From NCBI RefSeq assembly GCF_001457615.1, contig NZ_LN831024.1, forward strand, positions 1,020,001 through 1,052,000: a DNA stretch of 32,000 nt, read 5' to 3'. A model generated the notes under the pieces. That model was not told the origin of the DNA. It did no database searches and saw only the letters and a list, made by a program, of their open reading frames with translations. The stretch's first letter is position 1. Every line of letters begins with the position of its first letter. Both the position numbers and the translations under genes were made by a program. The stretch comes from Pseudomonas aeruginosa (GTDB lineage: Bacteria; Pseudomonadota; Gammaproteobacteria; Pseudomonadales; Pseudomonadaceae). Positions 11,948 through 20,456 of this stretch are shown piece after piece.

Positions 11948-12745
11948 TCAGTGACAGAAGTCGGTGGGCAGGCGGCGCGGCACGTATTGGCCGTGGCCCG
12001 GACTCTCGGCGTCGCGCAGGGTCCGCCAGGTGTAGTCGAGGGCGCTCTGCACGGCGCCGTGCAGCGCTTCGCCGAAGGCGATGCGACCGGCCAGGGCGCT
12101 GGCCAGGGTGCAGCCGGAGCCATGGTAGCTGCCGGGCAGGCGCTGGCAGGTGAAGGTGCGGCGGCTGCCGTCGCGGCTGTACAGGCGATTGTGCACTTCG
12201 CTTTCGTCGCCGTGTCCGCCGGTGATCAACAGGTGCTCGCAGTGTTCCAGCAGGCGCTCGGCGCACTGGTCGGCGCTGCCCTCGGGCAGGTCGGCGAGCA
12301 GGCGCGCTTCCGGCAGGTTCGGCGTGGCGATGGTGGCGCGCGGCAGCAGCCGCTCGCGCATGGCGAAGCCGACGTCGCCCTTGCCCAACGCACCGCCGCC
12401 GCCGGCGCGCAGCACCGGATCGCAGACCACCGGCAAGTGCGGGTGGGCGGCGAGGATCTCGGCCACCGTGTCGACCATCTCCAGCGAACCGAGCATACCC
12501 AGCTTGACCGCCGCGACGGGCAGGTCGGCGAGTACGGCGTTGGCCTGGGCCAGCACCCACTCGCGGTCGAGGACGCGGAAGTCGCTGACGTTGACGGTGT
12601 CCTGCACGGTCAGCGCGGTGACCGCCGGGGCGGCGTGGCAGCCCTGGGCGAGCAGGGCTTCGATGTCGGCTTGCAGTCCGGCGCCACCACTGGGGTCGTG
12701 ACCGGACAGGCAGAGCACTACGGGGCGGGAAGTCGGTGTTTTCAT
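11948..12745 (-). CDS. thiD: Hydroxymethylpyrimidine/phosphomethylpyrimidine kinase
   Basis: The start was re-set to ATG (cat 12743-12745), giving 265 aa: [30 protein letters not shown].... The 608-aa track ORF is an upstream read-through extension antisense to ladS. Confidence 0.95.
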
Positions 12746-12955
12746 GGCGCGTGAGCTTACCACTAAAAGCGCTTCGTGGCGGCTGCGCGGACGACCTTTC
12801 GGGCGCCGCGCCCGGGCCCTGCGTGACACGTCCCGGGCCTGATGTGGCGTGGCGTGTGCTAAAGTTCGGCGAATATTCATACAACGCTCGCCAAGGGCGG
12901 ACCATGACGAGGGAGGTGGGGCTCCCGGTCCGTTCGAGGAGCACTGCGGGGCATC

Positions 12956-15343
12956 ATGCGGCACTGGCTGATTCTCTTTCTTCTTGCGTTGCCGTGCCTG
13001 GCGGGTGCGGTGAGCTTCAACGAGCAGGTCGAGCGCCTGCCGCTGGGGCAGTCCATCGACGTGTTCGAGGACGTGCGCGGTAGCGCCGATATCAACGACA
13101 TCACCTCGCGGGCCATCGACAGCAGCTTCCGCCGCCATGACAAGGACGTGCTCAATGCCGGCTATTCGCGCTCGGTGTTCTGGTTGCGCCTGGACCTGGA
13201 CTACCGGCCGGTCGCCTCCAGCGATCCGCGCACCTGGCTGCTGGAGCTGGCCTATCCGCCGCTGGACAAGCTCGACCTCTACCTGCCCGATGGCCAGGGC
13301 GGCTACCGCCTCGCCCAGCGCACCGGCGACACATTGCCGTTCGCCAGTCGGCCGATCCGGCAGAACAACTACCTGTTCGAACTCGGCCTCGAGCCGAACA
13401 AGCCGCAGCGTGTCTACCTGCGGCTGGAAAGCCAGGGGTCGATCCAGGCGCCGCTGACCCTGTGGTCGCCCAAGGCCTACCTGGAGGAGCAGCCCGAACG
13501 CATCTATGTGCTCGGCATCATCTATGGCGTGCTGCTGGTGATGCTGATCTACAACCTGTTCATCTTCCTCAGCGTCCGCGATACCAGCTATCTCTACTAC
13601 ATCCTCTATATCGCTTCGTTCGGGCTCTACCAGGTCTCGGTGAACGGCGCCGGCATCGAGTACTTCTGGCCCGACAGCCCCTGGTGGGCGAACGCCGCCA
13701 CGCCATTCCTGATCGGTTCGGCGGCGCTGTTCGGCTGCCAGTTCGCGCGCAGCTTCCTGCATACCCGCGACCACAGCGTGTGGGTCGACCGCGGCCTGCT
13801 GGCGCTGATGGCGGTCGGCGCGCTGGTCATGCTGATGGCGCTGACCATGAGCTACGCCGTGGCCCTGCGCCTGGCCACCTACCTGGCGCTGGCCTTCACC
13901 GGCCTGATCTTCGCCGCCGGCATCCTCGCCTGGCTGCGCGGCATGCGCGTGGCGCGCTATTTCATCATCGCCTGGACCGCCTTCCTTCTCGGCGGCATCG
14001 TCAACACCCTGATGGTCCTCGGCTACCTACCGAACATGTTCCTCACCATGTATGCCAGCCAGATCGGTTCGGCGCTGGAGGTGGGCTTGCTGTCGCTGGC
14101 GCTGGCCGACCGGATCAACGCGATGAAGGAGGAGCGCGCGCGAATCCTCCAGGAGTCCAGCCGCAAGCTGGAAGCGCTGAACCAGGAACTGGCCAACAGC
14201 AACCGCCTGAAGGACGAGTTCCTCGCCACCGTCACCCACGAACTGCGCACCCCGATGAGCGGGGTGATCGGTTCGCTGGAGCTGATGCAGACGGTGCCGA
14301 TGGACGTCGAACTCGCCGAGTACCAGCGCACCGCCGCCGGTTCGGCGCGGGACATGATGCGGATGGTCAACGACATCCTCGCCCTCATCGAACTGCAGGC
14401 CGGCAAGCTCTACCCGCGCCGCGAGCCGTTCAGCCTGCGCGGCCTGTTCGACAGCCTGCGCGCGCAGTACGCGCCGCGCGCCGAGGAGAAGGGCCTGCGC
14501 TTCGCCCTGCAACTGGACGACAGCCTGCCGGATACCCTCGAAGGCGATGCCGGCAAGCTGGCCCAGGCGCTGGGCTACCTGGTCGACAACGCGATCAAGT
14601 TCACCGCCAGGGGCAGCGTGACCCTGCGCGTCGCCGCCGGGCGTACCCATGACGGGGTGGCGCTGCGGGTGGAAGTGATCGACACCGGCATCGGTTTCGA
14701 CATGGCCGCCGGCAGCGACCTCTACCAGCGTTTCGTCCAGGCCGACAGCTCGTTGACCCGTGGCTACGGAGGCCTCGGCATCGGCCTGGCTCTGTGCCGC
14801 AAGCTGGTGGAGCTGCTTGGCGGCGAGCTGACCCACGAGTCCCGGCCGGGACAGGGCAGCCGCTTCCTCCTGCGCCTGCAACTGACCCAGCCGGCCCAGG
14901 GCCTGGCGCCGCCGCCGCGGCGCGCCGGCGGGCAGGCGGTGCGGCGTCCCGAGGAGTGCACGGTGCTGGTGGTGGAGGACAACGCCATCAACCAGTTGGT
15001 GACTCGCGGCATGCTGCTCAAGCTCGGCTACCGGGTGCGCACCGCCGACAACGGTAGCGAAGCCCTGGAGTTGCTGGCGCGCGAGCGGCCGGACGGCGTA
15101 CTGCTCGACTGCCAGATGCCGGTGATGGACGGCTTCGCCACCTGTCGGGCGATCCGCGCGCTGCCCGGCTGCGCGGAACTGCCGGTGCTGGCGTTGACCG
15201 CCCACAGCCACAGCGGCGATCGCGAGCGCTGCCTGGCGGCGGGCATGAGCGACTACATGGCCAAGCCGGTCAAGTTCGAAGAGTTGCAGACCCTGCTGCA
15301 CGATTGGCTGCTGTGCCAGCCGATCGTCACCAAGTCCGCCTGA
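12956..15343 (+). CDS. ladS: Hybrid sensor kinase LadS (7TMR-DISMED2, 7TMR-DISM 7TM, HisKA, HATPase_c, REC)
   Basis: A 795-aa intact ORF. It has a signal peptide and a periplasmic domain, then about 7 TM helices (residues ~185-385). The H-box is FLATVTHELRTPMSG, with N/G boxes DNAIKFT, DTGIGF and GGLGIGLALCRKLVELLGG. The receiver carries LLDCQMPVMDG and MAKPV. Architecture, length and genomic neighbours match LadS as I remember it. Confidence 0.93.
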   Translation: MRHWLILFLLALPCLAGAVSFNEQVERLPLGQSIDVFEDVRGSADINDITSRAIDSSFRRHDKDVLNAGYSRSVFWLRLDLDYRPVASSDPRTWLLELAYPPLDKLDLYLPDGQGGYRLAQRTGDTLPFASRPIRQNNYLFELGLEPNKPQRVYLRLESQGSIQAPLTLWSPKAYLEEQPERIYVLGIIYGVLLVMLIYNLFIFLSVRDTSYLYYILYIASFGLYQVSVNGAGIEYFWPDSPWWANAATPFLIGSAALFGCQFARSFLHTRDHSVWVDRGLLALMAVGALVMLMALTMSYAVALRLATYLALAFTGLIFAAGILAWLRGMRVARYFIIAWTAFLLGGIVNTLMVLGYLPNMFLTMYASQIGSALEVGLLSLALADRINAMKEERARILQESSRKLEALNQELANSNRLKDEFLATVTHELRTPMSGVIGSLELMQTVPMDVELAEYQRTAAGSARDMMRMVNDILALIELQAGKLYPRREPFSLRGLFDSLRAQYAPRAEEKGLRFALQLDDSLPDTLEGDAGKLAQALGYLVDNAIKFTARGSVTLRVAAGRTHDGVALRVEVIDTGIGFDMAAGSDLYQRFVQADSSLTRGYGGLGIGLALCRKLVELLGGELTHESRPGQGSRFLLRLQLTQPAQGLAPPPRRAGGQAVRRPEECTVLVVEDNAINQLVTRGMLLKLGYRVRTADNGSEALELLARERPDGVLLDCQMPVMDGFATCRAIRALPGCAELPVLALTAHSHSGDRERCLAAGMSDYMAKPVKFEELQTLLHDWLLCQPIVTKSA

Positions 15344-15414
15344 AGCCGTTCCGCGGCTGGCTGAAATGCCGGCCTGCGCGACCTGTATGTCTCTTTAGGC
15401 AAAGCCTGAAGCGT

Positions 15415-15445
15415 GATTCACTGGGAAAAAGTGAATCCGGATTCA
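15415..15445. promoter_or_regulatory. Probable TetR operator: overlapping palindromes built on GATTCA/TGAATC
   Basis: GATTCACT (15415-15422), N7, then AGTGAATC (15430-15437) is a perfect 8-bp inverted repeat. GAATCCGGATTC (15433-15444) is a perfect 12-bp palindrome. Both end 4 nt before the ATG at 15449. Confidence 0.55.
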
Positions 15446-15448
15446 GTC

Positions 15449-16096
15449 ATGGTCTATCGTGTCACCGAACGCCGCCTGCAACGCGATTCCGCGCTGCGCG
15501 AGCGCATCCTCCAGCTAGGCCTGCGGCGTGTCGCGGAGGGCGGTTTCGCCGCGCTGACCATGCAGGCCCTGGCCGACGACGCGGGGATTGCCACCGGCAG
15601 CCTGTACCGCCACTTCCGGGGCAAGGGCGAGCTGGCGGCGGAAATCTTCCGCCGCGCCAGCCAGCGTGAGGTCGATGCCCTGGCCGTGGTCCTGCGCGGT
15701 CCCGGCGCGCCCGCCTGGCGCCTGGCCGAGGGCTTGCGGCGCTTTGCCGCGCGCGCCTGGAGCAGCCAGCGGCTGGCCTTCGCCCTGATCGCCGAGCCGG
15801 TGGATCCTGAAGTCGACGAGCAGCGCCTGCGCTATCGCGAGGCCTACGCCGCACTGTTCGTCGAACTGCTCGAGGAGGGCCGGCGCAGTGGCGCATTCCA
15901 GCTTTCCCTGGTGCCGCTTGCCGCGGCCTGCCTGGTCGGGGCCATCGCCGAGGCGCTGGTCGGCCCCTTGTCTCCCCCGGCGCGCGCCGCTCGCGACAGC
16001 GGCCAGCCGGAACCGAGTCTGGAGCCGGTGAGTACGGCTCTGGTGAACTTCTGCCTGCGCGCGGTGGGCGCGCCTGTCTGCGAGGAACCCTCATGA
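15449..16096 (+). CDS. TetR/AcrR-family transcriptional regulator
   Basis: The HTH region is FAALTMQALADDAGIATGSLYRHFRGKGEL. ATG at 15449 is preferred because the palindromic operator would otherwise lie inside the coding sequence. GTG at 15413, the track start, is the alternative. The stop overlaps the next gene's start as ATGA. Confidence 0.88.
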   Translation: MVYRVTERRLQRDSALRERILQLGLRRVAEGGFAALTMQALADDAGIATGSLYRHFRGKGELAAEIFRRASQREVDALAVVLRGPGAPAWRLAEGLRRFAARAWSSQRLAFALIAEPVDPEVDEQRLRYREAYAALFVELLEEGRRSGAFQLSLVPLAAACLVGAIAEALVGPLSPPARAARDSGQPEPSLEPVSTALVNFCLRAVGAPVCEEPS

Positions 16097-17742
16097 ACCT
16101 GCACCAGTACGCCGAAACCCACGAAGTGACCAACCAGGTACCGTCGCTGGATGGTGCCAACCTCTACCGCCTCGATCTGCCTCTCCAGGAGTGGGTGCGT
16201 CGCTACCAGGGCGGCTGGGCCGAGGAGCGCCTGCAGCGCTACGGTGAGCTGGCCGGCGGCCCGCTGATGGCGGCCGGCTTCCTGGCCAACCAGCACAAGC
16301 CGGAGTTCCATAGCCACGACCGCTACGGCAACCGCGTCGACCTGGTGGAGTTCCATCCCGCCTACCACGAGCTGATGCGCGCCGCCATCGAGCACGAACT
16401 GCCCTCGCTGCCCTGGACCGACCCGCGCCCCGGCGCCCAGGTGGCGCGGGCCGGGCTGTCCTACCTGCACAGCCAGGCGGAGGCCGGCACCGGTTGCCCG
16501 TTGACCATGACCTACGCCAGCGTGCCGGCGATTCGCCTGCAGGCGGACCTGGCCGAGAAATGGTTGCCGAAGATCCTCTCCCGCGAGTACGACCCGCGCA
16601 ACGTGCCGATGGAGCAGAAGGCGGGCGTCACCATCGGCATGGCGATGACCGAGAAGCAGGGCGGCACCGACGTCCGGGCCAATACCACGCGGGCCTACCC
16701 GGTGGGGATTCCCGGGCCGGGGCAGGCCTACGAACTGGTCGGGCACAAGTGGTTCTGCTCGGCGCCGATGTGCGACGCCTTCCTCACCCTGGCCTACACC
16801 GACAAGGGCCTGACCTGCTTCCTGCTGCCGCGCCACCGGCCGGACGGCAGCCGCAACCAGTTCTACATCCAGCGCCTGAAGGACAAGCTGGGCAACTGGT
16901 CGAACGCCTCCAGCGAAATCGAGTATCGCGGCGCCCTGGCCTGGATGGTCGGCGAGGAGGGCCGTGGCGTGCCGACCATCATCGAGATGGTCGCCATGAC
17001 CCGCTTCGACTGCATGATCGGCTCCAGCGCACTGATGCGTCAGGCGTTGACCCAGGCCGCCCACCACTGTGCCTACCGCAAGGTCGGCGGGCGGGTGCTG
17101 GCCGAGCAACCGCTGATGCAGAACGTGCTCGCCGACCTGGCCCTGGAAAGCGAGGCGGCGCTGGCCCTGACCCTGCGCATGGGGCATGCCCTGGACCGTG
17201 CCCACGACGAGCAGGAGGAGAAGTTCGCCCGCCTGGTCACCGCGGTGGGCAAGTACTGGATCTGCAAGCGTGCCCCGGCGATGATCAACGAAGCCTCCGA
17301 ATGCATGGGCGGTGCCGGCTACGTCGAGGAAACCATCCTGCCGCGGCTGTACCGCGAGGCCCCGGTGAACTCGATCTGGGAAGGTTCCGGCAACGTGCAG
17401 TGCCTGGACGTGCTGCGTGCCCTGTCGAAGGAGCCGGGGGTGCTCGACGCGTTGTTCGCCGAACTGGGCGACGGCCATGGCGACGCCCGTCTCGCCGCGC
17501 ACATCGGCAACCTCAAGGCGGCCTTCGCCGACACCGCCGACATCCAGTACCGCGCCCGCCAGCTCACCGAGGACGTGGCGATCGCCCTGCAGGCCAAGCT
17601 GTTGCTGGAAGCCGGCAACTCCGCGGTGTCCGACGCCTTCATCGGCAGTCGCCTGGGGGACGGCGGGCGGGTCTACGGCACCCTGCCGCGCGGCGTCGAG
17701 GTCGAGGCGCTGTTGGCTCGCGCCACCCCGCACCTGACCTGA
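16093..17742 (+). CDS. AidB-like acyl-CoA dehydrogenase family protein
   Basis: A 549-aa ORF, near-collinear with E. coli AidB (GMAMTEKQGGTDVRANTT, LKDKLGNWSNASSEIEY, LPRLYREAPVNSIWEGSGNVQCLDVLR). It is translationally coupled to the TetR gene. Confidence 0.93.
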   Translation: MNLHQYAETHEVTNQVPSLDGANLYRLDLPLQEWVRRYQGGWAEERLQRYGELAGGPLMAAGFLANQHKPEFHSHDRYGNRVDLVEFHPAYHELMRAAIEHELPSLPWTDPRPGAQVARAGLSYLHSQAEAGTGCPLTMTYASVPAIRLQADLAEKWLPKILSREYDPRNVPMEQKAGVTIGMAMTEKQGGTDVRANTTRAYPVGIPGPGQAYELVGHKWFCSAPMCDAFLTLAYTDKGLTCFLLPRHRPDGSRNQFYIQRLKDKLGNWSNASSEIEYRGALAWMVGEEGRGVPTIIEMVAMTRFDCMIGSSALMRQALTQAAHHCAYRKVGGRVLAEQPLMQNVLADLALESEAALALTLRMGHALDRAHDEQEEKFARLVTAVGKYWICKRAPAMINEASECMGGAGYVEETILPRLYREAPVNSIWEGSGNVQCLDVLRALSKEPGVLDALFAELGDGHGDARLAAHIGNLKAAFADTADIQYRARQLTEDVAIALQAKLLLEAGNSAVSDAFIGSRLGDGGRVYGTLPRGVEVEALLARATPHLT

Positions 17743-17753
17743 GGCGCGTCGCG

Positions 17754-18185
17754 ATGCAGGCGCATCCGCGCTACCGGGAGCTGGTCGAGCAGGGCTTCGC
17801 CGCGGCCAGTTTCGTCGGCGACCTCGGCATCCGTCCGCTGGACTGCGGGCCGGGTTGGGTCGAAGCGGGGCTGGACATCCTGCCCCGCCACGCCCAGCAG
17901 AACGGCTTCATCCATGCCGGGGTCCAGGCGACCCTGGCCGACCATGCCGCCGGGGCCGCCGCCGCGACCCTGGTGGAGGAGGGGCAGACGGTGCTGACCC
18001 TGGAGTTCAAGCTCAACCTGTTGCGCCCGGCGCTTTGCCAGCGCCTGTTGTGTCGCGCCGAGGTGCTCAAGGCCGGGCGCCAGGTGACGGTGGTCGAGGC
18101 CGAGGTGTTCGCCGAGCGGGACGGTCGGCGGCACCTGTTCAGCAAGGCCACCGTGACCATGGCGGTGGTGGCGCTGGCCGAATGA
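17754..18185 (+). CDS. Hotdog-fold thioesterase (PaaI/YigI-like)
   Basis: ATG at 17754, 11 nt after the dehydrogenase stop, gives 143 aa with NGFIHAGVQATLADHAAGAAA and a C-terminal beta-sheet pattern typical of PaaI-type thioesterases. It is embedded in the longer spurious track ORF 16494..18185. Confidence 0.85.
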   Translation: MQAHPRYRELVEQGFAAASFVGDLGIRPLDCGPGWVEAGLDILPRHAQQNGFIHAGVQATLADHAAGAAAATLVEEGQTVLTLEFKLNLLRPALCQRLLCRAEVLKAGRQVTVVEAEVFAERDGRRHLFSKATVTMAVVALAE

Positions 18186-18212
18186 GGTAACGGGAGAAAA
18201 GCGCTGTGTTTT

Positions 18213-18257
18213 CCTGTCGGTACAGGCAAGATGTTTTCCATGCGAACCGACAGGAAG
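18213..18257 (+). promoter_or_regulatory. amn leader stem: CCUGUCGGU-N24-ACCGACAGG overlapping the SD AGGAAG
   Basis: Perfect 9-bp inverted repeat (18213-18221 / 18246-18254). The 3' arm overlaps the first 3 nt of the SD (18252-18257), which lies 6 nt upstream of the ATG at 18264. Confidence 0.4.
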
Positions 18258-18263
18258 CCCACC

Positions 18264-19739
18264 ATGAGTATCGATTCCGACGACGGGTTCGTCGTCGCCC
18301 GCACGGCCGAGGAGGCCGTCGACCGTCTTGCCGAGCTGCACCGCCAGGCCACCGCGGCGCTGAGCCAGGCGCTCAAGCGCTACATCAAGGAGCGCATCGA
18401 GCCGAGCGAGGCCGAGCGGCAGAACTTCCACTACCCGCAACTGCGCATCGGCTACCGCTGCCAGGGCGAGGTGCCGTCCACCACCCGCGCCTACGCCAAG
18501 GTCCAGGTGCCGGGCGAATACAGCGTCACCGTCACCCACCCCGACGCCTTCCGCAAGTACCTGCTGGAACAGTTGCGTCCGCTGATGGACGATTTCACCG
18601 TGCAGGTGCAGGTCGGCCCGAGCCAACAGGACATCCCCTATCCCTACGTGGTCGAGCAGGGCGACGAGCTGGCCGGCTCCGGGGTGACCGCCGCCGAGCT
18701 GGCGCGGGTGTTCCCCAGCACCGACCTGTCCGCCGCTTCCGACGACATCGCCGACGGCCTCTACGAATGGGAACGCGCCGACCAGTTGCCGCTGGCGCTG
18801 TTCGACGCCGCGCGGGTGGACTTCTCCCTGCGCCGCCTGGTGCACTACACCGGCAGCGACTGGCGCCACGTGCAGCCGTGGATCCTGCTGACCAACTACC
18901 ACCGCTACGTCGACCAGTTCATCCGCCTCGGCCTGACCCGCCTGCGCGAGGACCCGCGCTTCGTGCGCATGGTCCTGCCGGGCAACGTGATCATCGAACG
19001 CGGGATGGACGAAGGCGAGGCCAACGCCATCGTCGCCGGGGTGGTCTGGCACCGCTACCAGATGCCGGCCTACCACCTAATCGCCGCCGATGGCGACGGC
19101 ATCACCCTGGTCAACATCGGGGTCGGCCCGTCCAACGCGAAGAACATCACCGACCACCTGGCGGTGTTGCGTCCGCATTGCTGGCTGATGATCGGCCACT
19201 GCGGCGGCCTGCGGCAGTCGCAGACCATCGGCGACTACGTACTGGCGCACGCCTACATGCGCCGCGACGGCATCCTCGACCGCGCGCTGCCGCCGCACAT
19301 CCCGATCCCGGCGCTGGCCGAAGTCCAGGTCGCCTTGCAGGAAGCCGCCGCCGAAGTCACCGGTGAGCGCGGCGAGTCGCTCAAGCGACGCTTGCGCACC
19401 GGCACCGTGCTCACCTACGACGACCGCAACTGGGAGCTGCGCTGGGCCCAGGAGCGGCCACTGATCAACCTGGCGCGGGCCATCGCGGTGGACATGGAGA
19501 GCGGCACCATCGCCGCCCAGGGCTACCGCCTGCGGGTGCCCTACGGCACGTTGCTGTGCGTCTCGGACAAGCCGCTGCACAGCGAGATCAAGCTGCCCGG
19601 CTCGGCCAACGCCTTCTACGAGCGCGCGGTGAACCAGCACCTGCGGATCGGCATCGCCGCCCTCGACCTGTTGCGCAGCCAGCTCAACTCGCTGCACTCG
19701 CGCAAGCTGCGGAGTTTCGACGAGCCGCCGTTCCGTTGA
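18264..19739 (+). CDS. amn: AMP nucleosidase
   Basis: Similarity to E. coli Amn across the N-terminal regulatory domain and the C-terminal PNP/UDP phosphorylase-like domain (GVGPSNAKNITDHLAVLRP, MESGTIAAQG). ATG at 18264 has the best SD. ATG at 18231 and 18240 are alternatives. Confidence 0.92.
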   Translation: MSIDSDDGFVVARTAEEAVDRLAELHRQATAALSQALKRYIKERIEPSEAERQNFHYPQLRIGYRCQGEVPSTTRAYAKVQVPGEYSVTVTHPDAFRKYLLEQLRPLMDDFTVQVQVGPSQQDIPYPYVVEQGDELAGSGVTAAELARVFPSTDLSAASDDIADGLYEWERADQLPLALFDAARVDFSLRRLVHYTGSDWRHVQPWILLTNYHRYVDQFIRLGLTRLREDPRFVRMVLPGNVIIERGMDEGEANAIVAGVVWHRYQMPAYHLIAADGDGITLVNIGVGPSNAKNITDHLAVLRPHCWLMIGHCGGLRQSQTIGDYVLAHAYMRRDGILDRALPPHIPIPALAEVQVALQEAAAEVTGERGESLKRRLRTGTVLTYDDRNWELRWAQERPLINLARAIAVDMESGTIAAQGYRLRVPYGTLLCVSDKPLHSEIKLPGSANAFYERAVNQHLRIGIAALDLLRSQLNSLHSRKLRSFDEPPFR

Positions 19740-19745
19740 TCGGAC

Positions 19746-19790
19746 GCGCCGCGGTTTCCGTGCGGAAACCGCGGCGCGCTTCTACGCCTT
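19746..19790 (+). terminator. Long GC hairpin after amn: GCGCCGCGGUUUC...GAAACCGCGGCGC then GCUUCUACGCCUU
   Basis: Perfect inverted repeat of about 13 bp (19746-19777) starting 7 nt after the amn stop. The U-tract is weak. Confidence 0.6.
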
Positions 19791-19889
19791 GCGGCGCCGA
19801 GGCCTTACAATGATGGCCCTTCGCCCTGCGTGGAACCGCGGCGCCCTCTGCCGGTCGGAACGACCACGCCTGCCATCGATGTGAGCCCC

Positions 19890-20456
19890 ATGCCGTTCAG
19901 CGTCCCCACTCATCTCAGCAACCCGCTCCGTCGCTTCGCCCGTCGCCTGGTGCCCGATGCCGCGCCGGAAGTGGCAGCGCCGTTGCCGATGCCGGAAAGC
20001 CTGGCCGGCGAACCGTGGTTCTCGGTCGGGCGGGCGGTCGAGGCCCTCGGCGGCGAGCGGGTCGATGGCTGGATCCTGGAAGAATGGCGTGGCTTGGCCC
20101 TGCGCGCGCGTTTCAGCGCTTGCTGGCGCGATCCGCGCGGCAACCTCTGGAATGTCCTGCCGCAGGCGGGCGCCATCGCTTTCCTGGCCGACCCGCAGCG
20201 GCGCTACGAAGGCGTGCCGCTGGCCGACCAGTACCAGGCGCTCAGCCGCGATGTCCTGCTGGAAGACTACCTTGGCCTGCGGCGCCAACTGGCCCGCGCC
20301 GGCCTGGACGACGAGGCCCGCGAGCGCCTGGCCGGGATGGCCGCGCGCCTGGAAAGCTGGCTGGCCCTGGGCGGCCGTGGCGATAAGGCTTGCCCGTGCG
20401 GCAGCGGCAAGCGCTACCGCAACTGCTGCTCCCGCCTGGTGGCCTCGGCCTCCTGA
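19890..20456 (+). CDS. SEC-C metal-binding-motif protein of unknown function
   Basis: The C-terminal CPCGSGKRYRNCC is the SecA-type SEC-C zinc motif. GC3 is high throughout. ATG at 19890 is preferred, and GTG at 19830 is the track alternative. Confidence 0.8.
   Translation: MPFSVPTHLSNPLRRFARRLVPDAAPEVAAPLPMPESLAGEPWFSVGRAVEALGGERVDGWILEEWRGLALRARFSACWRDPRGNLWNVLPQAGAIAFLADPQRRYEGVPLADQYQALSRDVLLEDYLGLRRQLARAGLDDEARERLAGMAARLESWLALGGRGDKACPCGSGKRYRNCCSRLVASAS

Noticed and set aside
12746-12955. A possible TPP (THI-box) riboswitch upstream of thiD-thiE
   Set aside because: Reading the minus strand leader, I find neither the conserved CUGAGA element nor the ACCUGAUCUGGAUAAUGCCAGCG-like pyrimidine-sensor helix. 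Only a generic GC inverted repeat is present. A cmsearch with Rfam TPP would be the definitive test.
15413-15448. GTG at 15413 as the start of the TetR gene (track call)
   Set aside because: It would place a 31-bp cluster of perfect palindromes inside the coding sequence. ATG at 15449 leaves them as an upstream operator and still gives a normal TetR N-terminus.
15844-17733. A 629-aa minus strand ORF opposite the AidB-like gene. Similar long antisense ORFs occur at 19782..21533, 26330..27847, 9900..11273, 7365..8813, 14027..15301 and 23672..25153.
   Set aside because: Each lies opposite a gene with strong homology or domain evidence and the correct GC3 bias. These are typical high-GC antisense artefacts, not overlapping genes.
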